Shown: positions 29,301 to 41,150 of the stretch, piece after piece
Layout of the letters: each line of letters starts with the position of its first letter
Position numbering within the stretch: position 1 is the stretch's first letter
Origin: Macrostomum lignano
Taxonomy: Eukaryota
Length of the DNA stretch: 64,000 bases
NCBI GenBank assembly: GCA_002269645.1
Contig: NIVC01000359.1
Span: 372,001-436,000, forward strand
Reading direction: 5' to 3'
Notes under the pieces: generated by a model
Told to the model about the DNA's origin: nothing
Databases searched by the model: none
Seen by the model: only the letters and a program-made list of their open reading frames with translations
Translations under genes and position numbers: made by a program

Positions 29301-30114
29301 ATGCAGAAATACGCCACAGACACTGAAACACCCCCCACAAACACTGAAACACCCCAGAGACACTGAAACACTCCCCCACAGACACTGAAACACCCCCACA
29401 GACACTGAAACACCCCCACAGAAACTGATACACCCCAACAGACACTGAAACACCCCCACAGACACTGAAACAAATCCCACAGACACTGAAACACCCCCAC
29501 AGAAACTGAAACACCCCCACAGACACTGAAACACCCCCACAGAAACTGAAACACCCCCACAGACACTGAAACACCCCCACAGACACTGAAACACCCCCAC
29601 AGACACTGAAACAAATCCCACAGACACTGAAACACCCCCACAGAAACTGAAACACCCCCACAGACACTGAAACACCCCCACAGAAACTGAAACACCCCCA
29701 CAGACACTGAAACAAATCCTACAGACACTGAAATACCCCCACAGACACTGAAACACCCCACAGACACTGAAACACCCCCACAGAAACTGAAACACCCCAC
29801 AGACACTGAAACACCCCCACAGACACTGAAACAAATCCCACAGACACTGAAATACTCCACTCACAGACACTGAAACACTCCCCCCCCCAGACACTGAAAC
29901 ACCCCCCCACAGACACTGAAACACTCCCCCCACAGACACTGAAACACTCCCCCCACAGACACTGAAACACCCCACAGACGCTAACACTCCTCATAGACAC
30001 TGAAACACCCCCACGGACAAGCACCAGTCAATACTCACAGCCGTGAAGCGCAACCGCCGCCAAACAGAGCCAGAGGAATATTAGCCGGCCGTAGCAGTCA
30101 GTTGCAGACTGCAT
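23392..30114 (-). CDS. NPDC1: NPDC1 / C. elegans CAB-1-like type I membrane protein, 253 aa, 7 exons
   Basis: complement(join(23392..23451,23718..23802,24481..24678,25246..25312,26341..26463,28923..29075,30039..30114)); all introns GT-AG and phase-compatible, 762 nt total (the 26463 acceptor has a nearby in-phase alternative). Signal peptide MQSATDCYGRLIFLWLCLAAVALHG; TM VAIGVLTLIAVTLIIVGSVFCY. GDTKLAVHAQKSYYQRQKQNI and DSDQEDSNIYGCPGLASTSGLEVSNPIF match, as I recall them, NPDC1 GDRRLAQSAEMYHYQHQRQQM and DFTVYECPGLAPTGEMEVRNPLF. Confidence 0.9.
23840..24432. repeat. 21-bp intronic minisatellite (NPDC1-like gene)
   Basis: Unit GGGATTGATCAGCTGGGGGAT. Confidence 0.95.
24682..24945. repeat. 20-bp intronic minisatellite
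   Basis: Unit GCGGTTTGGAGTGATTCTCT / ACAGCTTAGAGTGATTCTCT. Confidence 0.92.
25550..26110. repeat. CT-rich intronic minisatellite
   Basis: TCTCTCATCTACCCTCTCTCC variants. Confidence 0.88.
26525..28846. repeat. 17-bp intronic minisatellite, ~135 copies
   Basis: Unit CCCTGCAACCTTCACAC. Confidence 0.97.
29150..30015. repeat. ~20-bp intronic minisatellite
   Basis: Unit CAGACACTGAAACACCCCCA. Confidence 0.95.
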
Positions 30115-30564
30115 TGCTGCTATAACCGTATGTGAAATCGCCGATAAACACAAGCCTGCGTTTCGCATGCAGATAAAGCATGCAGACCAGTGCAGTTTAA
30201 GAGCCTATCATCCGTCACTGCTAGTTGCAGCTGCTCTCATTTGATGGTTGGCATGCCGAGGACGGGAGGGGGCCGGCACGAAGGGAGGCTTTCAGCTTCC
30301 GGACAGTCGGAGACCAACTCCCCCATGGGACCGAGGGAGAAGGGAAAGGCAGGAGGACCTGGTCCGATTCTGCAGCCAAAATAAATCGATAGCTCCGTGC
30401 ATAACACTGCAAATGGCCCACAGCCCAGCTCCAAATAACCGTATGAAAAAATTTCGAATCTGAACTACATATAGTGTTTTTTAACTAAATAGAGAAATCA
30501 ATAGCAGCTCAAGCGAAGAGCCACTCGTATTCCAGTCATTTTTTAGGTATTAAATAGTCGTACT

Positions 30565-31445
30565 TGATACTGAACTGACAAGGCTGTGGTAGATACTGAA
30601 CTGACAAGGCTGTGTTAGATACTGAACTGACAAGGCTGTGGTAGATACTGAACTGACAAGGCTGTGGTAGATACTGAACTGACAAGGCTGGTTGGAACTG
30701 AACTGACAAGGCTGTGGTAGATACTGAACTGACAAGGCTATGGTAGATACTGAACTGACAAGGCTGTAGTAGATACTGAACTGACAAGGCTATGGTAGAT
30801 ACTGAACTGACAAGGCTATGGTAGATACTGAACTGACAAGGCTGTGGTAGATACTGAACTGACAAGGCTGTGGTAGATACTGAACTGACAAGGCTATGGT
30901 AGATACTGAACTGACAAGGCTATGGTAGATACTGAACTGACAAGGCTGTGGTAGATACTGAACTGACAAGGCTGTGGTAGATACTGAACTGACAAGGCTG
31001 TGGTAGATACTGAACTGACAAGGCTATGGTAGATACTGAACTGACAAGGCTGTGGTAGATACTGAACTGACAAGGCTGTGGTAGATACTGAACTGACAAG
31101 GCTATGGTAGATACTGAACTGACAAGGCTGTGTTAGATACTGAACTGACAAGGCTGTGGTAGATACTGAACTGACAAGGCTGTGGTAGATACTGAACTGA
31201 CAAGGCTGTGGTAGATACTGAACTGACAAGGCTATGGTAGATACTGAACTGACAAGGCTGTGTTAGATACTGAACTGACAAGGCTGTGGTAGATACTGAA
31301 CTGACAAGGCTGTGGTAGATACTGAACTGACAAGGCTGTGGTAGATACTGAACTGACAAGGCTATGGTAGATACTGAACTGACAAGGCTGTGTTAGATAC
31401 TGAACTGACAAGGCTGTGGTAGATACTGAACTGACAAGGCTGGTA
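30565..31445. repeat. 26-bp minisatellite
   Basis: Unit GATACTGAACTGACAAGGCTGTGGTA. Confidence 0.97.
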
Positions 31446-31977
31446 GATAATTGGGCTGACAATGCACGATCCCCACTTAATTAACACTTTGAAACAGGTG
31501 GAAGAAACGGTATTGACAACTGTCGAAGTTAAATAAATAAAACACAAAGAGAGCAGCATGGTCCAATTATTTACTATCAGTGGAATATCAATTAACTAAA
31601 TAATAGTAATAAATATTTTATAAGGAATCTGAATTCAGTCTGTGACAGTTTGCTACAGAAAGAGAACTTAGACTTCGAGTTTAATTATCACTTGTGTTGC
31701 TATGTTTAACTTGTCAATGCAATTGAAAGCAGATAAAGATGAAGCCACTTAGGTTAAAAATAGAGTCACAAACTATTGCCAGATTGCAGGTATCGTTAAG
31801 TAATAAAACAAAAAAATCGAGGATTGCAGAAGAATTTCATGCAATCCGAGTAGCCTCATCAGCGTTTTTGTGTCTAGAAAATAAATGCCGAAGACACAGC
31901 AACAACATTTAACTAGAATAAAATGACAACTGGTACTACACAGAACACATTTTAGGGCAAAAATTCCCAAGCGATAA

Positions 31978-33130
31978 GTTGCACTCCTACCCCACCAGGA
32001 CAAACACTTCCCTATCCAATGTACACTCCTACCCCACCAGGACAAACACTTCCCTATCCAATGTACACTCCTACCTCAGCTGGACAAACACTTCCCTATC
32101 CAATGTACACTCCTACCCCACCAGGACAAACACTTCCCTATCCAATGTACACTCCTACCCCACCAGGACAAACACTTCCTTATCCAATGTACACTCCTAC
32201 CCCACCAGGACAAACACTTCCCTATCCAATGTACACTCCTACCCCACCAGGACAAACACTTCCCTATCCAATGTACACTCCTACCCCACCAGGACAAACC
32301 CCTCAATATTCCAATGTACACTCCTACCCCACCAGGACAAACCCCTCAATATTCCAATGTACACTCCTACCCCACCAGGACAAACCCCTCAATATTCCAA
32401 TGTACACTCCTACCCCACCAGGACAAACCCTCACTATTCCAATGTACACTCCTACCCCACCAGGACAAATCCCTCAATATTCCAATGTACACTCCTACCC
32501 CACCAGGACAAACCCCTCAATATTCCAATGTACACTCCTACCCCACCAGGACAAACCCCTCAATATTCCAATGTACACTCCTACCCCACCAGGACAAACC
32601 CCTCAATATTCCAATGTACACTCCTACCCCACCAGGACAAACCCTCAATATTCCAATCTACACTCCTACCCCACCAGGACAAACCCCTCAATATTCCAAT
32701 CTACACTCCTACCCCACCAGGACAAATCCCTCAATATTCCAATCTACACTCCTACCCCACCAGGACAAACCCCTCAATATTCCAATGTACACTCCTACCC
32801 CACCAGGACAAACCCTCACTATTCCAATGTACACTCCTACCCCACCAGGACAAACCCCTCAATATTCCAATGTACACTCCTACCCCACCAGGACAAACCC
32901 CTCAATATTCCAATGTACACTCCTACCCCACCAGGACAAACCCCTCAATATTCCAATGTACACTCCTACCCCACCAGGACAAACCCCTCAATATTCCAAT
33001 GTACACTCCTACCCCACCAGGACAAACCCCTCAATATTCCAATGTACACTCCTACCCCACCAGGACAAACCCCTCACTATTCCAATGTACACTCCTACCC
33101 CACCAGGACAAACACCTCACTATTCCAATG
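31978..33130. repeat. 42/43-bp minisatellite with two subarrays
   Basis: CCAATGTACACTCCTACCCCACCAGGACAAACACTTCCCTAT (42 bp), switching at ~32300 to ...ACAAACCCCTCAATATT (43 bp). Confidence 0.96.
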
Positions 33131-34310
33131 CACATTTGAAAGAAACTTATCTAATGTAGCATAACTTCCATGGTTTGGAAAAAGACATTTGCTTCCTAAA
33201 AAATGAAAATATAACCACACACAAAATACCACAATTGATAAAAATTAAATCCCCCCCATCAATTCCATATGGTATGGTTTACTTGATTTTAACTAAATCA
33301 AAGGAAACGATAAACAATACAAAAAGACGTCGTACGCTTCTAGCAGCTACACGCTACACACACATGTAAGACTCGGAATGCAAGCGCAAACTACTCGAGC
33401 TAAGAAGCAAATGATAAAAATAGCTGGCATTAACGGGGTAAAGAAACGTAACAGCAAACTGCAATCAGCTAGTGGATCAGTTTAGATCGCAAAGCCAGAA
33501 ACGAATCGAGCTGATTTGGTCACAAAATACAAATATACGAAAAGCCAAAAGATAAAGCCCGTGTTACGAGTGTATCTGCTCTACCGTATATACATCTCAG
33601 GAGATTCTGTAGTTCATTAGCAAATTGATAAATACAACAGAGCTTTTAAAAACTGATTAAGATAAAAGTTGCCCAGACTGGCTTCTGCGCTATTAGCCTA
33701 GCCTAGATTTGATGCAAGTGACAGCCAATTATTGATTGAACGCAACAACTGTTCTTCAGAGTTTCAATATACCAATTAACTTCTGGAACGAGATAGAAAA
33801 AAATATATTTTGCTTAATTCAGTGCTTAAATTTCAGCTTCATCAGGTTGACAGAACAAAAGCAATCGAGAATTTACTGGCGAGCCTACCGTCAGAGGTTG
33901 GTTCTGCGCACTCTGTTTATTGCTGCTTGGTGAAATCTGCGTTTAATTTGGTGCGTATTCGCCAGTAGGCCGACTTCTCAGCCACTTAGGGTTTGGCCAT
34001 AAACTTAGCAGAAAGCAATTTAGAAGTGCACTTATTCCCGGCACTTTCCCGATGTCATTATTCCACACTTTTTTATCATGTTTCAATTGGCGGTTTTGAG
34101 AGTTAGGTTTGGTTACTCTGCGATGAATGTGTTTGAATCTAAATGTCGGTGTAATATTTGAAGTGTAATAATGATCACAACTTGTTTCAATTGTGTGCAG
34201 GTGTAAGTATATGTACAATGATTAATCAATACCCAGCGAAAGCTTTAGACACAGAATATACACAGAATGTCAAATCGAGCGATTTTCATGAAGCCGAATT
34301 AAAATTGCAG

Positions 34311-35098
34311 GTGCATGTTGGCAGACTGTACCGAACCATCTTGGACGGACGCGGAGGCGACTTGGATCTCGTCATCGATGATGAGTCGTACTTCCACATG
34401 TCCAGCCAAACGATTCCTGGCAACAGCTTCTACTATGCCACTGCGCACGCGGCGACGCTCCTGTTGAGAAGCGCGTTTCACCTCAAAAGAAGTTCGGCGA
34501 CAAGATCCTGGTGTGGCTGGCCATCAGCAGGCATGGGGCTTCGCGAGTGTACATGTGTCACTCCAAGACGATGAACAAGGAGCTGTACGCAAACGAGTGC
34601 ATTCGCAAGCGGCTGGTGCCATTTCTCAATGAGCAGCACAGCGATGGCAATTACCTGTTCTGGCCAGATCTGGCCTCCTGCCATTACGCCAAGGACGTGA
34701 TCGAGGTGTTCCAGCAGCTGGACATCAACTTTGTCTCGAAGGAGCAGAATCCTCCCTGCGTGCCTCACCTTCGTCCAATCGAGCACTTTTGGGGCATTTT
34801 GAAGCAGCAGGTGTACCATCATAGTTGGCAGGCTCAGACACTTCAGCAGCTGGAGAACAGAATCAAGAAATGCCTGAGGGAGATGGACTGGTCCGTTGTA
34901 CATCACATGATGGGACAGGTCAAGTCGCAGATTCGCAGGGCGCGCGCTGATGGCTTTTAATCGGCTTATTGTTAACTCTATGATGATTCCTGTTTCTTGT
35001 TGAATACTTTCCCTGTTAAAAAGTTTGGTTATCCTGTTTATAACGCCACGAAATATAAACATTTAGAGACGTCCAGATTTTAAGTGTTCACCCACGTA
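34311..35098 (+). mobile_element. 5'-truncated Tc1/mariner DNA transposon, DD37E (ITmD37E-like) transposase pseudogene
   Basis: Catalytic motifs VIDDESYF (34377), LFWPDLASCHYA (D at 34667) and NPPCVPHLRPIEHFW (E at 34781) give D-37-E spacing. Frameshift near 34445; stop at 34960. Candidate 3' TIR ends ...AGTGTTCACCCACG+TA at 35098. No N-terminal HTH or 5' TIR seen. Confidence 0.9.
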
Positions 35099-35620
35099 TC
35101 AAAGCTTTACAACAAGAGTAGGCTGGTGGGATTTTAATGCTTGTACCGATTTTTTAAACAAAAATACTCGAATCGGCATTCTGTGTATATTCTGTGGCTT
35201 TAGATGCGTTTAAAGATATTTCGGCTAAAATAAAACAGCCAACAGCAAGAAGACAAGTCATATAGGTTTTTGCAAGGATCTGGGAGGGTTGCCCAGCAAC
35301 TGAGGATCTGGGAGGCTGGCTCAGGCAACTGATCGTGGATCTGGAAGGCTGACAGCCAACCGGAAGATTTTACCCGTCGGGAAATAATTGTCCTTTAACT
35401 GTGTCAGTTGGCACATGAAAAAGAGATTAATTAATATGCTGATTGTTTCATAAATGTGCCAATTGACAGTTGTGGGCACAGTTGGCAGAACTGCAGATTT
35501 TGCTAGGACAATTATTTCCCACCGGGAGAGTACAGCACGCAAAGGTTGTCGGACAACAGACTGATAGAAATAAGCGTCCTAAGGGCGCAGTTGGCACACT
35601 TAAGAACGGGTGACAGGCCT

Positions 35621-38600
35621 CTATGTAGGCTTAGTTTTCTTCACCAGCGTGGAATTGCCGTACAGTACGTAGCGGAACATATCGCCAAGAGTGGAATCTA
35701 CATACTTAATAGTCTCCATATTGTACTGTTTGCCGTGAAATCTGTACCAGAGATGCATAACGTAGTTCTTCTTACGCCAGTCCCATTTCCGCACGGGGCC
35801 ATAGATCAAAGGCAGCTCGCCGCCAGTCCAATTGGGTCGGTCCATGCTCTCCTGCTCGATGTGGCAGTGCTCGGAGTACATGGGGCACAGGGTGTTGGGA
35901 TAGGTGACGGAGTGGGCAGCCCATATGCCATCGTCGAGAACCTGGTAGGTGACGTACCACATGCACATGAAGGTGGAGTTGGCCGCGGCCAGAAAGACGC
36001 CGTTGCAGAGTCCGCCGCCCGTCTCCCTGCCGATGGTGAACGGGTAGCGGCGCAGCGGCTCCAGCGGCTTCAATGTGATCACGTCGATGTCGAAATAGGC
36101 GCCGCCAAGTACCAGCACGGCTTCCATGCGGATCACATCGGCCTGGTGCTCCTTCACGCGCATCGGCACCGAATAGGACTGCGGTTGGGGAGACGCGGGA
36201 GCACTCGGTGTTGGGGTGACCTGCCATTAGCCCTACTCACTCAATAGCTTGCCCATTAGCCCCATTCACTCAATAGCTTGCCCATTAGCCCTACTCACTC
36301 AATAGCTTACCCATTAGCCCCATTCACTCAATAGCTTGCCCATTAGCCCTACTCACTCAATAGCTTACCCATTAGCCCCATTCACTCAATAGCTTGCCAA
36401 TTAGCCCCATTCACTCAATAGCTTGCCCATTAGCCCCATTCACTCAATAGCTTGCCCATTAGCCCCATTCACTCAATAGCTTGCCCATTAGCCCCATTCA
36501 CTCAATAGCTTGCCCATTAGCCCCATTCACTCAATAGCTTGCCCATTAGCCCCATTCACTCAATAGCTTGCCCATTAGCCCCATTCACTCAATAGCTTGC
36601 CAATTAGCCCCATTCACTCAATAGCTTGCCCATTAGCCCTACTCACTCAATAGCTTACCCATTAGCCCCATTTACTCAATAGCTTGCCAATTAGCCCTAC
36701 CCACTCAATAGCTTACCCATTAGCCCCATTCACTCAATAGCTTGCCCATTAGCCCTACTCACTCAATAGCTTACCCATTAGCCCCATTCACTCAATAGCT
36801 TGCCCATTAGCCCTACTCACTCAATAGCTTGCCCATTAGCCCCATTCACTCAATAGCTTGCCCATTAGCCCCATTCACTCAATAGCTTGCCCATTAGCCC
36901 CATTCACTCAATAGCTTGCCCATTAGCCCCATTCACTCAATAGCTTGCCCATTAGCCCCATTCACTCAATAGCTTGCCAATTAGCCCCACTCACTCAATA
37001 GCTTGCCCATTAGCCCCATTCACTCAATAGCTTGCCCATTAGCCCCATTCACTCAATAGCTTGCCAATTAGCCCCACTCACTCAATAGCTTGCCCATTAG
37101 CCCCATTCACTCAATAGCTTGCCAATTAGCCCCACTCACTCAATAGCTTGCCCATTAGCCCCATTCACTCAATAGCTTGCCAATTAGCCCCACTCACTCA
37201 GTTACCCTTTCCATTGGCTCCACTCACTCAATAGCTTGCCAATTAGCCCCACTCACTCAGTTACCCTTTTCATTGGCTCCACTCACTCAGTAGCCTTTCC
37301 ATTAGCCCCACTCCCTAGCTTCCCTAAATCAACTCCATCCACTCAGCAGCTTTCCGTATTAGTGGAATCAGTGAATTTAGGTACGAGTATTCAGCAAATT
37401 ATATCAATACCTTTGTGGGCACGGGCCGATTAATCATGATAACGTTGCTCTCCCAGATGCCAGAGTCGGTGAGATTCTTCTTAAACGCTTCCCAATGCTC
37501 GCCATAAGGCTGCTTAGCGTACCAGATAACAGTAAATTTGGGCCGCATCACCCAGACTCCGCTGAGCATACAGACTAGATGATGAAATTGCAGTTGAGGA
37601 TTCACAAACGGCAGTACATAGTGAGCAACATTGGGCACAAGATACGGAGCGGTAGGCTTAGTCATAGCCTGCACTTCGGCAACAGTGTACTGCTTGCCGC
37701 TAGGAGAGTGCAGGCGCCATCCGCTCGTGTCAACAATTGGCAGTTTGTGCACCATCAGCTCGTTGATTCGAGACGCGTATTTGCCGGAGAATGGACGCAC
37801 TGAGCTCTTCAGCTTGTCGAATTGGCTAATAATGTAGCTCTTATTCATGGGGGCGTACACGTAGTCTCGGCCGGCCACCTGGTCGGCGACCTTCACCGGC
37901 GTTGGCTTGACAGCAGCAGACGTGGACGAGACGGCAGTTCCTGCCAGAGGTCGGGAAGAGATGAGGGTGATGGTACAGGGTAGCGGGGAATCAAATCTTA
38001 GCGAGTCAAATCTCACTGAGAGGGAGTTGAATTTTCACTGAGAAGGAGTCAAATCTCACTGAGAGGGATTTAAATCTTTACTGAGAGGAAATCAAATCTC
38101 ATTGGGAGGGAGTCAAATCTCACTGAAAGTGAGTCAAATCTCACTGAAAGTGAGTCAAATCTCACTGAGAGGAAATCAAATCTCATTGGGAGGGAGTCAA
38201 ATCTCACTGAGAGGGAGTCAAATCTCACTGAGAGGGAGTTGAATTTTCACTGAGAAGGAGTCAAATCTCACTGAGAGGGATTTAAATCTTTACTGAGAGG
38301 AAATCAAATCTCATTGGGAGGGAGTCAAATCTCACTGAAAGTGAGTCAAATCTCACTGAGAGGAAATCAAATCTCATTGGGAGGGAGTCAAATCTCACTG
38401 AGAGGGATTTAAATCTTTACTGAGAGGAAATCAAATCTCATTGGGAGGGAGTCAAATCTCACTGAAAGTGAGTCAAATCTCACTGAGAGGAAATCAAATC
38501 TCATTGGGAGGGAGTCAAATCTCACTGAGAGGGAGTCAAATCTCACTGAGAGGGATTTAAATCTTTACTGAGAGGGACTCATATCTCACTGAGAGGGATT

Positions 38601-40050
38601 TAAATCTTTACTGAGAGGGAGTCAAATCTCACTGAGAGGGAGTCAAATCTCACTGAGAGGGAGTCAAATCTCACTGAGAGGGAGTCAAATCTCACTGAGA
38701 GGGAGTCAAATCTCACTGAGAGGAAATCAAATCTCATTGGGAGGGAGTCAAATCTCACTGAGAGGGAGTCAAATCTCACTGAGAGGAAATCAAAGCTCAC
38801 GAATAGGTAATGAAATCTCACAGAAGTGAATCAATTAGAAGGAATAAAATCCACTCACGCGCAGCAGCAATGGGCTGTATGCTAGAATTGCCAAACAGTA
38901 TATGCCTAGCGATTTGGCCAAAAGCAGAGTTCAACTGTTTAACCGAATTGAAATCAACTGTCAAAGTCGCGCCCGGAGATTGCAGCTCCCGCTGCCTGCG
39001 CCACAGGTTAATAAGCCAGTTATCTCGCCAGTTCCAAGCGGGCGGAGAGCCCGGCGGCCCGTAGATCAGCCGCAAGCCGGCCGCCTGCCAGCCGGGCTTG
39101 TGCATGCCGCCAATCTCAATTTTGGCCAAGTGCGGGAAAGCCGATTGCAATGCGAACGGCAGCAGAGTGGAATGCTGATCAGGCAGAGAATCGTCAAGCA
39201 GCTGGTAGCACAGGTGCCAGGCTAGCAGGAATCGAGAGTTTCGCTTAGCCAAGTAAGCGGAGCTGCCAATGCCGCGGTCGTGCTGCAGGCCCAGCACGGT
39301 CTCGGCTGAACGAAGCGCCTGGCTAGCCGGCCGCATGGGCAGCACGTCAGTGTCCAGCCTGAGGCCGCCGAACAGTAGCACAGCCTCCAGGCCGATCAGA
39401 TCCGATCGATGACGCCAAGAGTTGATTGGCATATTGTACACAGATGCTGGAGGCTGGCGACGAGCCAGTACAACTGTGCGCTCCCAGACCGGCTCGGTGA
39501 CATTGGCAATGAGATGAGACCAGTAGCCGCCACTCACAGGCTGCTGATGCCATAGAAACACGCGCACCGGCTTAGCCAGGTGAAATGCGGCCAATAAGCT
39601 GAGCAGCTCGTGAAATTGCAGCTCAGCCCGACGGAATGGCAGCACATAGTGGATAATGTTGGGGGCCAGGCCCGGCTCCGTAGCGTTGGCTATGCTAGTC
39701 CGCAGCTGCTCATAGTACAACTGATGGCCTCCGGGTGTCTGCAGTTCGAGTTGACTCAACGTGAGCACGGGCTCCTTGGCGGTGAACAGCTGATGGGCTA
39801 GGCGAGTATTAGCTCCGGCAAACTGTACAGCCACAGATCGAATAGTTTCCCAATTAGTCAGCGTGAAATTTCGCGCCTCGGACAGTTCAGACGGGCTAGT
39901 CCGGCCACCGTAATCGTACTCGTACGAGTAGGACAGATTCAAGAATTTGCCAATGTTGCCGCTCCGGCTGGCGTATGCGAGCACCAGAGCGATGGTGACC
40001 AAGCATAGGATTGCCACTGCCCGGCGATAGAGCAGAGCTCGCTGCGTCAT
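35621..40050 (-). CDS. Type II membrane glycosyltransferase with two tandem GT32-like (alpha-1,4-GlcNAc/Gal transferase-type, DxD) domains, ~759 aa
   Basis: complement(join(35621..36178,37411..37940,38859..40050)); GT-AG introns, phases 1 and 0 compatible. N-terminal TM AVAILCLVTIALVLAYA. Domain 1: PNIIHYV...HRSDLIGLEAVLLFGGLRLDTDV. Domain 2: PNVAHYV...HQADVIRMEAVLVLGGAYFDIDV. A 50-bp 5'UTR intron is predicted at 40062-40111. Confidence 0.85.
36225..37300. repeat. 29-bp intronic minisatellite
   Basis: Unit GCCCATTAGCCCCATTCACTCAATAGCTT. Confidence 0.97.
38000..38800. repeat. 21-bp intronic minisatellite
   Basis: Unit GAGTCAAATCTCACTGAGAGG. Confidence 0.96.
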
Positions 40051-40654
40051 TGGCCCCCAGGCTGCGGATGGTCAAGTGCGCGGGCTAATTTGAATGGTTA
40101 TTAATACTCACCTCTTAGAAGACACTAAACTGGCTCTCTTGAGTAAGAGTCGTGTGAAACAAGAGCAGAAAGATGAAGTCGTGAATGATAAAATTCCGGA
40201 TTTTGTACAGCCTGCAAGAGAGTCAACAGACCTCCTACCCTCCCTACCTACCTACCCAATGGCAGTCTCTACCAAGGAGGCCCATTGTCTGGGCTAACAC
40301 CGACCCTCAAACTATTGGCGCGTGCACACCCATACACGCACAGCATAGCTACTTGAGAACCCAACCCTATTGGCTGTCGAGCTTGGCCCTAATTGAAGCT
40401 AGCTAAGCATAAAGTACAGCAGCGCGCAGCAATTCTGCCCCTCTTCCCGTTGTGACTATCATCACCAAAAAGGTAATGGAATTGAATTCTAGCAGCTAGC
40501 TTTGACTGAGCCACTTACCAGACGGGAAAATTCCTATTCAAACACATTAGTATTTGCTTTAATGACGAGGTGCTGGGAGGTTTATTACTAATAATCAAAA
40601 GTACTTTTAAAATTGTTACTTAGAAACTGCCTCAGTTTAATCACTTCAGTAGCT

Positions 40655-41150
40655 AATCAGGAACCATTCTAAGAGGGAATCAGGGACCATTCTAAGAGGG
40701 AATAAGGAATCATTCTAAGAGGGAATCAGGACCATTCTAAAAGGGAATCAGGGATCATTCTAAGAGGGAATCAGGGACCATTCTAAGAGGGAATCAGGGA
40801 TCATTCTAAGAGGGAATCAGGACCATTCTAAGAGGGAATCAGGGACCATTCTAAGAGGGAATCAGGGACCATTCTAAGAGGGAATCAGGGATCATTCTAA
40901 GAGGGAATCAGGGATCATTCTAAGAGGGAATCAGGGACCATTCTAAGAGGGAATCAGGGACCATTCTAAGAGGGAATCAGGGACCATTCTAAGAGAGAAT
41001 CAGGAACCATTCTAAGAGGGAATCAGGGACCATTCTAAGAGAGAATCAGGAACCATTCCGAGGGAATCAGGGACCATTCTAAGAGGGAATCAGCATCAGG
41101 GACCATTCTAAGAGGGAATCAGTATCAGGGACCATTCTAAGAGGGAATTA
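40655..41150. repeat. 22-23-bp minisatellite
   Basis: Unit GGGAATCAGGGACCATTCTAAGA. Confidence 0.95.

Noticed and set aside
31979-33164. ~380-aa Pro/Thr-rich ORFs (MYTPTPPGQT)
   Set aside because: 42/43-bp satellite open in all three plus frames, with frame rotation where the unit becomes 43 bp
36179-36223. Alternative acceptor at 36221 adding VTPTPSAPASPQPQ
   Set aside because: Also in frame, but the 36179 acceptor has a better pyrimidine tract and aligns the two GT domains without a gap; cannot be fully excluded
35546-36247. 233-aa plus-strand ORF, and similar antisense ORFs over the GT, ZnF, Tudor, transposase and phosphorylase exons
   Set aside because: Shadow frames opposite well-supported genes; no motifs
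35621-40050. Bacterial horizontal origin of the GT gene
   Set aside because: GT32-like DxD domains also occur in animals; the gene has spliceosomal introns and a type II anchor; the sequence alone gives no evidence of transfer
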